Program-made: the position numbers and the translations under genes
The notes under the pieces: generated by a model
Databases searched by the model: none
The model's input: the letters and a program-made list of their open reading frames with translations, nothing else
What the model was told of the DNA's origin: nothing
Shown: positions 1-7,108 of the stretch, one piece after another
How positions within the stretch are numbered: the stretch's first letter is position 1
Layout of the letters: each line of letters opens with the position of its first letter
Sequence record: NC_048182.1
Strand: one strand, 5' to 3'
Length of the DNA stretch: 64,000 nucleotides

Positions 1-50
1 GTCAAAGCAATACCCCTAACCATTTAACCATTCCATTAAGGAAAATAGAA

Positions 51-776
51 ATGCATAAAGTAGAAAACTTTGAAACCAAATTGTTTTCCAACGATGATGG
101 TTGGAAAATCTGGTTGTGTACTGAACGTGATGAGATAAAACTCTCTAGCTTCTTTAAAGTTCAGTATCCTGTCAAAGGAACTCCGCAGCGTGATACTAAA
201 GTAATTCCTATCACTGGTTATTACGACACCACTAGCGCGATCAAAAACCAATTACTTTCTCGTCGTCAGTTTGTTCATTACGCTGTGGGGACTACTTATC
301 TTGAAGATGAGTATTCAAAATGGTTCTTAGAAACTATGTTTGCTCTTATTGATGCCGGGACACTTATCCCCGCATTAAAAGAACACAATCGCAAAACAAT
401 CCACCGTTTGCATCTCATCCCTGGCTATTCCGGACAAGATGAAGGTAGTCGTACTTATACGGTTTATCATGATACTGTTTCGGCAACACTGGCTAAATTC
501 ACCATCACTCCTAAAGAGGATGATGGGTATGAGATGGCTGTACTGTGTATTGGCGATGCAAAAGGGCGTATGGTGAAAACAGACCATGTTTACACCGAGC
601 CTATGACTCGTCCTGAATCTTTGTCTAATGCACTATTCCGTGTGTTCAATCCACTCCTGGATGAAATGCAAGTTGATAAAGAAGAACGTATGGATATCGT
701 AGCTGACATCACTCATCACTTTGAGAAGTGTCGCTTTGGTTTCTGGGATCTCCTTAACAAAATCAACAAGAAGTAA
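51..776 (+). CDS. Hypothetical protein (241 aa)
   Basis: Long ORF, AAGGA Shine-Dalgarno (SD) upstream; no recognisable motif. Confidence 0.8.
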   Translation: MHKVENFETKLFSNDDGWKIWLCTERDEIKLSSFFKVQYPVKGTPQRDTKVIPITGYYDTTSAIKNQLLSRRQFVHYAVGTTYLEDEYSKWFLETMFALIDAGTLIPALKEHNRKTIHRLHLIPGYSGQDEGSRTYTVYHDTVSATLAKFTITPKEDDGYEMAVLCIGDAKGRMVKTDHVYTEPMTRPESLSNALFRVFNPLLDEMQVDKEERMDIVADITHHFEKCRFGFWDLLNKINKK

Positions 777-842
777 GTTTTAACACCTCAATCCATAAAC
801 TGTCATTAACCATTCTAACCAATATAACCAAGAGGCAATACC

Positions 843-1220
843 ATGACTACTCAAATCCGTACTCCGAAAGCAAAAGCCACTGCACCATCTGCTAACCCAA
901 TCCGCGAAGCGTTTATCGATAACCGCAAACAGCTGATCGAAGAAGTTAAAGTACTGCGCGCTAATCGCGAAAAACTGCGTGGTGTTTCCGGTACCCAGGT
1001 TGAGTGGCGTGAACTGACTGCTAAGATCGCAGAAAAGCAAGCCACTATTAATACCATCAATGAAGGTCTTGGTATTAAGAACAAAACTTTCCCGCCTCTG
1101 AACAAACCAGGTGCTGCGCCAGCTGAATCTCATCAGGTTCCGGCTAAGAAACCATCTGGCAAACGTCGCTTCACTGGTAAGCGCAAACCAACCAATAAAA
1201 CCGAAGCAGTAGCGGCGTAA
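843..1220 (+). CDS. Lys/Arg-rich protein with predicted coiled coil and basic disordered tail (125 aa)
   Basis: GAGG SD; helical middle (KQLIEEVKVLRANREKL); tail AKKPSGKRRFTGKRK. Confidence 0.8.
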   Translation: MTTQIRTPKAKATAPSANPIREAFIDNRKQLIEEVKVLRANREKLRGVSGTQVEWRELTAKIAEKQATINTINEGLGIKNKTFPPLNKPGAAPAESHQVPAKKPSGKRRFTGKRKPTNKTEAVAA

Positions 1221-1245
1221 CAAACTAACCAATTAACCAAGTTAG

Positions 1246-1265
1246 CCTGGAGTGACCGGGCTAAC
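1246..1265 (+). promoter_or_regulatory. Intergenic inverted repeat without a U-tract (possible processing or stability hairpin)
   Basis: GTTAGCCTGG-AGTGA-CCGGGCTAAC at about 1241-1265, between two co-directional genes. Confidence 0.4.
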
Positions 1266-1283
1266 TCTATAAGGAATAAAACA

Positions 1284-1814
1284 ATGGCAATCCGTAACGA
1301 ATATACCCTTCCTAATGGCACCAAACTGCGCGTAGCAGGCAATGATTTAAAAGACATTGGCGTTGTATTGTCTGCCATTGGCGATCGCTTACAGGACCTC
1401 CTGGAGCGTCGTTTGACGGGTATGGATTACGTTCACCAGATCGATTTCGGTAACCAGTTCCTCGACACCCCAAATGTGGTGCAATGCAAAGAAGCTCACC
1501 ACTTTGAGTCTGTTAAGAAACACTTCCGTAATTCTTCCCCTGTATCTAAAGTTCAGATTACTTTGTGTACTCTGTTTGGCGGACGCCGTGAAGGGATTCT
1601 GGAAGTTCATGAAGTCGATGGTGCTCGGACTTGGGTTCGTTTCTCTCCTCATGTGGAAACGATGTCTAAGTTAGCTGTGTTCTTCCAACGTGCTGGGCGT
1701 AAAGCTCAGTATGGTAAAAACTGTCATTGTCAAGTATGCCAGGCTATTGTCCTGGATGTGTTCCACAAACCTCATCACATTTGTGAAGAATGTGCATATA
1801 CGGTTATTAACTAA
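1284..1814 (+). CDS. Hypothetical protein with C-terminal Cys/His cluster, possible zinc ribbon (176 aa)
   Basis: AAGGA SD; CHCQVC...HHICEEC near the C-terminus. Confidence 0.75.
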   Translation: MAIRNEYTLPNGTKLRVAGNDLKDIGVVLSAIGDRLQDLLERRLTGMDYVHQIDFGNQFLDTPNVVQCKEAHHFESVKKHFRNSSPVSKVQITLCTLFGGRREGILEVHEVDGARTWVRFSPHVETMSKLAVFFQRAGRKAQYGKNCHCQVCQAIVLDVFHKPHHICEECAYTVIN

Positions 1815-1827
1815 GTAAGGGAAGCGC

Positions 1828-2055
1828 ATGACTAAAGATCAATTTATCATGCGCCTTCGTCACGGGCTGGTTGGTAAGCCCAAGGCGGTGGCCGAAATGA
1901 TCGACTTGGAGATTAATAAGATCTCTCGTATGAAACCAGAAGAGTTTGATGCTTATGTCCTTCAGACCGCTGGTATGCCAAACACCACTAAGAAGGAAGA
2001 GAAAGTCAAAGAAGAACCCGCACATGGATTCGGTCGAGTCATTAATCGCCGTTAA
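1828..2055 (+). CDS. Hypothetical protein (75 aa)
   Basis: AGGGA SD, packed in gene array. Confidence 0.7.
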   Translation: MTKDQFIMRLRHGLVGKPKAVAEMIDLEINKISRMKPEEFDAYVLQTAGMPNTTKKEEKVKEEPAHGFGRVINRR

Positions 2056-2103
2056 TCTTAAGTAACACCTCGCTAACCATTTAACTAAAGAGAATTATTT
2101 ATC

Positions 2104-2730
2104 ATGGCTAATACTAAAGCAACTCGTAAGAAATATTCCCCACTCCGCAAGAAAGCTGTGCATGTTACCAACGTCCTGAATCGTGTTATGCACAAGTTTT
2201 ACATGATGGGGGATATGAACCATGATCCAATGTCATTCCATATCGCCGACCTCAAACTCCACCTTAAAGGCGCTGACCGCGACTTGGCTCTACAGGAAGT
2301 ATGTAAGTTCCTGTATGCTGAACGCCGTACCTGGGTTTTAGCTATTTACCATTTCTTCAAAATCGATGACAAACTGGACGTAGTTCCAACTGTCATAACG
2401 TTGAGCGACTCCCTCTTGAATGAGGCCGCTGACTCTGTAGAAGAATACATCCGTGCCAGTAAGGAAGCCGTAATGGATCCTTCTGATGGACATACTGAAG
2501 AAAACCACATCTTCTATGGTTACTACATCAACTACGGTGATAACTTGCTGTTATCCGAAATGGAGCAGGACATCATTTCTGCTCTGATGAAAGTCAACAA
2601 AGACTTCTCTGATGTAAAACCTGAAGTTTGTGAGTGCAACGCTGAGAAAGTCCTCCGTGCCATTGCCGGTGAGAAGTTCAGCCTTGTCAATTCTAAAGCC
2701 CTAACCAGTGACCTTGTGGAGACCGAATAA
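2104..2730 (+). CDS. Hypothetical protein (208 aa)
   Basis: Long ORF, basic N-terminus, next gene abuts its stop. Confidence 0.8.
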   Translation: MANTKATRKKYSPLRKKAVHVTNVLNRVMHKFYMMGDMNHDPMSFHIADLKLHLKGADRDLALQEVCKFLYAERRTWVLAIYHFFKIDDKLDVVPTVITLSDSLLNEAADSVEEYIRASKEAVMDPSDGHTEENHIFYGYYINYGDNLLLSEMEQDIISALMKVNKDFSDVKPEVCECNAEKVLRAIAGEKFSLVNSKALTSDLVETE

Positions 2731-3090
2731 ATGAAACCGACCATTACGTTTACCGACCTGATTGAAAACCGTGACAGCAACATGTACTCTTTGGAAATTC
2801 TAGCCAGAGTTACTCCTAGCAGTAAACCAATTAAAGTGCTGTCACCTCCAGTTGCGCTGGAAACTGCTGACAAAGGTAAATGCGATGACATCTTCCGCAT
2901 GTCTTTGAATCAGCTTCTCATTGCGGCTCATTCACTTGCCACAAGCGCCGGTGTCAAGTTACCACCATCTGCGTTTATGCCTTTGCCAGATTTACTGTCC
3001 TTGTTTGATGTTCGCCAAACGGTTCAGTTCAATAACGATCTGAATAAAGCAGGTCGTGACACTTCCGTTATCATTGAGGCCATCTGGTAA
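2731..3090 (+). CDS. Hypothetical protein (119 aa)
   Basis: Abuts upstream gene; TAATG coupling to the next. Confidence 0.7.
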   Translation: MKPTITFTDLIENRDSNMYSLEILARVTPSSKPIKVLSPPVALETADKGKCDDIFRMSLNQLLIAAHSLATSAGVKLPPSAFMPLPDLLSLFDVRQTVQFNNDLNKAGRDTSVIIEAIW

Positions 3091-3416
3091 TGAAAAACAA
3101 ACCGGAATTACACTTTCTTAACTTTCATTATAAGTTGATTCCGGTACTTGGTTTTGCGGAAGAGTATTACTATAAGGTGACTTTCCGAATGGAAGGTCGC
3201 CAATATAGTTTTGTTTATCGTGATTTTAAACCAATGACGATAAATGACTTCTTCAGGCAGGTTGCTATTGTTACCAAGTGCCGAAACATTTTAAAACTAT
3301 GTTCCCGTTACCAAGTGACCGCCAGTAAAACTTGGTTTGATAAAGGTGGGAACAAGTTCACTAACCTAAAAGAGGACGTGGCATGCGCTTACCGGACAAA
3401 CTCCGTGCTTGGATAA
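3090..3416 (+). CDS. Hypothetical protein (108 aa)
   Basis: TAATG translational coupling. Confidence 0.65.
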   Translation: MKNKPELHFLNFHYKLIPVLGFAEEYYYKVTFRMEGRQYSFVYRDFKPMTINDFFRQVAIVTKCRNILKLCSRYQVTASKTWFDKGGNKFTNLKEDVACAYRTNSVLG

Positions 3417-4270
3417 AAAATAAGAAATTTCTTCTCAGAATAAAAAAGGATAGTTTGGTCTATTTCTTAAAGAAGAAACTCAATATCCATTGCGGTTCCA
3501 CTCGAGCTGTATTGGTGACTAAACGTTATGCGTTTAAGTTTCCTCGGTTGAAATCTCTGGATCAATTCTTCCGTGGGTTATCGGCTAATCAGAAAGAACG
3601 ACTTCATTGGAAAGAAGCACCTGACTACTTCGTTCCGGTGTTGTTTTCCATTCCTGGGTTATTAGTAGTCATGCCCACATTAAAACCATTCGGTGAAAAC
3701 TGTCCGATGGTAAGAGCATTTATGGCCGATCTTTGGCATGCCAACAATGACAACTCTAATACTGGTAACGGTGCTTGGATTGCAAGGCGTTACTGCGAAT
3801 ACATTAATGAAAATTATGCAATGTACAAAGGAAAACCAATGTGCATTGATTACGGAACTTATGTCAGAGCGGATGTCAACGAACAAGACTTCTTAAAAGA
3901 AATGAAGTGGTTGGTCGATAAGCTTGACGGTAAATTTGAGGTAATAGATGAGCCAGGCCAGTCTGAGGTTCAAGTTTTTGGAACATCCATTCAGATGGAT
4001 TTGGAGTTACTTGATATTCCAGTCTTTACCGCTAATGTGGAAAGTAAAGGTAGCGAACTGGCACATGTCGTGGATGATCAACAAACGACTGTGGAAGGAC
4101 AAGTACCTGGGCAAGCAACGCGTGATTATCACCGAGGTCGTCTCGGACTGGGAGACTATCAAGCTCCCACACGGATCGTACAAGTTAAGGGATATCCGTT
4201 ACTTGATCAAAAGGGAGCGTTTGCCCCTACTCTTACCACGATATATTCTGGGAACGCAACACTTCGATGA
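3383..4270 (+). CDS. Protein-kinase-like fold protein (295 aa)
   Basis: GSTRAVLVTKRYAFKFP (Gly-loop plus Lys), N..E, PV...LVVM and EYINENY...PMCIDYG (catalytic loop and DFG-like); GAGG SD. Confidence 0.6.
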   Translation: MRLPDKLRAWIKNKKFLLRIKKDSLVYFLKKKLNIHCGSTRAVLVTKRYAFKFPRLKSLDQFFRGLSANQKERLHWKEAPDYFVPVLFSIPGLLVVMPTLKPFGENCPMVRAFMADLWHANNDNSNTGNGAWIARRYCEYINENYAMYKGKPMCIDYGTYVRADVNEQDFLKEMKWLVDKLDGKFEVIDEPGQSEVQVFGTSIQMDLELLDIPVFTANVESKGSELAHVVDDQQTTVEGQVPGQATRDYHRGRLGLGDYQAPTRIVQVKGYPLLDQKGAFAPTLTTIYSGNATLR

Positions 4271-4409
4271 AGAAGCAATCCCATTTAAATATGGTAACCA
4301 TCTAACCATAGCCGAAGGGTTAGATAACGCCAATCGAATAATTAAAGGGATCAATTCCCGAATTGTGCAGATTAATGCTTTTAAGAATCCAACGGAGATT
4401 AATAAATGA
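3948..4409 (+). CDS. Hypothetical protein overlapping the kinase-like gene (up to 153 aa; start uncertain)
   Basis: GAGGT SD before ATG 3948; fills 4270-4409; ATGA overlap with the next gene. Confidence 0.55.
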   Translation: MSQASLRFKFLEHPFRWIWSYLIFQSLPLMWKVKVANWHMSWMINKRLWKDKYLGKQRVIITEVVSDWETIKLPHGSYKLRDIRYLIKRERLPLLLPRYILGTQHFDEEAIPFKYGNHLTIAEGLDNANRIIKGINSRIVQINAFKNPTEINK

Positions 4410-4732
4410 TGTATGACATTCCGGGTACAGTACATGGCGGTCAAATGACCGTTGGTGGTGAGTCTTTACAATCGCTGGATATGGGATCCCCAGTAGTTGT
4501 TGATGTTAAAAACGTCAGGACCACCACTAAGTTGGTTAAAACACGTATCCGTGTGGAAGCATGTATTAATGGGCTTAATTGCTCTATTTATGTTCCTCTG
4601 CGTTCTAACTTTAAAACTAAAGTTAAGCAGGCTGCTGTGGGTATGGGGTTGATTGACAAAGATGCGGCTTTGTATTTCAACTTTATCGGTAATACCGAAC
4701 AACTGTGTAAGAACTTAAATGTTCTGCGCTAA
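4406..4732 (+). CDS. Hypothetical protein (108 aa)
   Basis: ATGA coupling, in array. Confidence 0.7.
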   Translation: MMYDIPGTVHGGQMTVGGESLQSLDMGSPVVVDVKNVRTTTKLVKTRIRVEACINGLNCSIYVPLRSNFKTKVKQAAVGMGLIDKDAALYFNFIGNTEQLCKNLNVLR

Positions 4733-4761
4733 TTAACCAAACATCGGAAGAGAATAAACTT

Positions 4762-5520
4762 ATGATCGTAGGCAAAAAGAATTTTATCACAGTTACTGAT
4801 ATTCGTCTGTTTAATGACAATAACGCGCCTGGTGTTGAGAAATATTTCAAAGTTCAATATCTGGTTGGGACTAATCCAGGTCCAAAAGTCGCGCAGTCTG
4901 TTGATACCGATATGTTCGGTTTCATGAAAGAAATCATTGCGGCAGAATTTACCGAAGACGCAAAAGAAGAAAATCAGGTTAAGCGAATGTCTTATGACGA
5001 ATTTGCTAAATCGAAATACTGGATCAGTTTTAATGGCGTTGCTGAGCCATTGCAGACCGTTGCAGTAAAAGATCTTCGTCGTGTAGTGGATACTATCAAA
5101 AAGTATTCAGAGCAGTGGCAGACCATCCAGAATGTGAGCGAAGCTTTCCGTCAGATGTATCTGGCTGCTGATCAGGATGAAGAACAAAACCAACTGTCTC
5201 GACTGGTCGAGCGCATGTTCGATAAATCAGTCAAGTGGGAACCTAGTAATCAGGGTCAATCCAACTACTCTGGTATTTGCTGGGGCGCTGAGGTTAACTT
5301 CCGGGCATACACAGCTATCGGTAACTGGTTCCTTGAAGGTTACATCGAAGACGTAATCGTTCGTGTGTATAAGGATCATGCCAATCTTGGTATCTTTACC
5401 ACTTTCGATAAAGCTAATTGGCCGGAGCATTATGATGATACCTTCCATGTCGAAGACAAGGCTGGGTTCCTTAAGTTCCTGAAAGACAAATGCCAATGGC
5501 GTATGCAGATAAAAGGATAA
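4762..5520 (+). CDS. Hypothetical protein (252 aa)
   Basis: Long ORF in array. Confidence 0.8.
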   Translation: MIVGKKNFITVTDIRLFNDNNAPGVEKYFKVQYLVGTNPGPKVAQSVDTDMFGFMKEIIAAEFTEDAKEENQVKRMSYDEFAKSKYWISFNGVAEPLQTVAVKDLRRVVDTIKKYSEQWQTIQNVSEAFRQMYLAADQDEEQNQLSRLVERMFDKSVKWEPSNQGQSNYSGICWGAEVNFRAYTAIGNWFLEGYIEDVIVRVYKDHANLGIFTTFDKANWPEHYDDTFHVEDKAGFLKFLKDKCQWRMQIKG

Positions 5521-5525
5521 TAACC

Positions 5526-5906
5526 ATGAGCAAATGTTCCCCAAGCATTCCGGTCCCGCCAGAAGCTTTAGCCAGAGTGAATCTGGTTGAAGAAAACCCA
5601 CACGAAATGGTTGAAGCTTCTTTATCAATCGAAATCCACCCTTGGGATGACAGCGATGTTATCTTCATGCATCTGGCCGACGGTGTTCGACTTCATGAAT
5701 GGTTGGTGAGAGTCATGCACTCCAAGGGAGAAATTGGACCATTCGTAGTTAACACCAAACCGATCATGTATAAAGAAGGTCACGTGGTCATCGTTCCTGA
5801 TTTCTCCCGTGCATTAAGTCTGGATACCATGATTCGTCTCACCAAACGTATTGGTGAAAAAGTTCAACAGGTCAAACAGATCTGTAATGCTTTAGTCAAT
5901 TTCTAA
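5526..5906 (+). CDS. Hypothetical protein (about 126 aa)
   Basis: ATG 5526 (MSKCSP) follows AAGGA SD; the track start at 5490 overlaps the upstream gene. Confidence 0.7.
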   Translation: MSKCSPSIPVPPEALARVNLVEENPHEMVEASLSIEIHPWDDSDVIFMHLADGVRLHEWLVRVMHSKGEIGPFVVNTKPIMYKEGHVVIVPDFSRALSLDTMIRLTKRIGEKVQQVKQICNALVNF

Positions 5907-5940
5907 CCAACTTAACCATTCTCCAATAGAGGTAGTATAA

Positions 5941-6291
5941 ATGAAACGTGCTCTTGTTCTCGTGGTAGCTATTAGTATGATCCTTACCGGTTGTTTTATG
6001 GATAATGAGAAGACTAATGCTGAGATCAGTGCTGGTAATCATTATTTAAAGGGTCAGGTAATCGCTCTAGAAGCCTGCTACACCAACGCGACTGAAACAG
6101 GGTCTACTTGTGTGGGTGTCATTAGTTATGATGGTACAAAGCGTTCTGGACGCATTATCGGGGAAGTTCAAATAGGAACTTCGGTGTATAAGGAATGTAC
6201 AAATAACGGGGAAGTAAAATGTGCTGATTTCTGGCGCACCTCTGTTGGAGAGACATATCTGAATGGTGGAGAGATCACTGGCATTCAGTAA
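5941..6291 (+). CDS. Putative lipoprotein (116 aa)
   Basis: MKRALVLVVAISMILTGC signal with LTGC lipobox; four further Cys; GAGG SD. Confidence 0.7.
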   Translation: MKRALVLVVAISMILTGCFMDNEKTNAEISAGNHYLKGQVIALEACYTNATETGSTCVGVISYDGTKRSGRIIGEVQIGTSVYKECTNNGEVKCADFWRTSVGETYLNGGEITGIQ

Positions 6292-6342
6292 AGTAATAGT
6301 TGTTGGTATTAAGTCTGACATTTTAAATATGTAAAGACATAA

Positions 6343-6396
6343 CCCCTACCCCTCCTCACGGAGTGGGTAGGGGGAGTATGTTACTTATTTTTTTTT
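6343..6396. terminator. Intrinsic terminator between convergent genes
   Basis: CCCCTACCCCTCC-TCAC-GGAGTGGGTAGGGG followed by a T-rich tract. Confidence 0.75.
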
Positions 6397-6398
6397 AC

Positions 6399-7070
6399 TT
6401 ATACGAACTGAACATCGAAGCGATTAGTCGGGATAGAACCATCGTTGATGTTAGTGGTCAGAGCCACTGTAGCTTGCAGGCTGAACGGCACACCTGCATC
6501 TTCACCAGCGATAGTAACCACAGCGTCAGCAGTGATAGTTTCAGTGGTAGAAGACTGGATAGATTTGAACGTCCAGGCCGTATTTTCCAGATCACTAGTG
6601 AACTCGAACTTATCAGCAATAGCTGTTGGTTCAACGGTAACACTGGTAACAGAAGGAAGAATATCGTTCTCACCTTTAAACACCTGGAAGCTAAACGCTT
6701 TACTTTCCCACAGATTCATGGTCAGCGCGCTGCTAGCGTTTTCAAGACGAGCAACATCAGCGGCAGTTACGACGAAGCTAATAGTCTTCGTGCTCTTACC
6801 CCAGTTCTCTACGTTCGCATTACCGCCAGCATCAGCATACTTGAAGACAACAGTGATGTCTTGAGTACCTGGAGCAACACCAACGAAAGGAACGTTAACG
6901 ATACCTTCTGCGCCTGCTACGAAGGCATTGACAGAAACCAAACCTTTAAGGTCTGAGGAATCTGGATCAAAGCTAATTTTACCAACGGGAACAGCTGCAC
7001 CTTCAAACGTAGGTTTAATCTGAAGGGAGGTCATCTGACCTACGACAACTGAAGCACTTTTATCCGCCAT
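6399..7070 (-). CDS. Small two-module Ig-like fibre subunit (223 aa), paralogue of the repeats in the giant genes
   Basis: AGGAG SD; SDLKGLVSVNAF matches SDLKGVISVNSF in the 5119-aa protein; C-terminal ~120 aa and IPTNRFDVQFV match the end of the 3124-aa protein. Confidence 0.8.
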   Translation of the reverse strand: MADKSASVVVGQMTSLQIKPTFEGAAVPVGKISFDPDSSDLKGLVSVNAFVAGAEGIVNVPFVGVAPGTQDITVVFKYADAGGNANVENWGKSTKTISFVVTAADVARLENASSALTMNLWESKAFSFQVFKGENDILPSVTSVTVEPTAIADKFEFTSDLENTAWTFKSIQSSTTETITADAVVTIAGEDAGVPFSLQATVALTTNINDGSIPTNRFDVQFV

Positions 7071-7085
7071 TTTACAACTCCTGGT

Positions 7086-7105
7086 AAAAGGGGCCGAAGC
7101 CCCTT
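7086..7105 (-). terminator. UUCG-tetraloop hairpin between the 3124-aa stop and the 223-aa SD
   Basis: Minus strand AAGGGGC-TTCG-GCCCCTTTT. Confidence 0.65.
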
Positions 7106-7108
7106 ATG

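Noticed and set aside
6363-6956. 197-aa and 139-aa + strand ORFs opposite the 223-aa gene
   Set aside because: The longer one starts inside the terminator; the minus-strand ORF has an SD and clear paralogy
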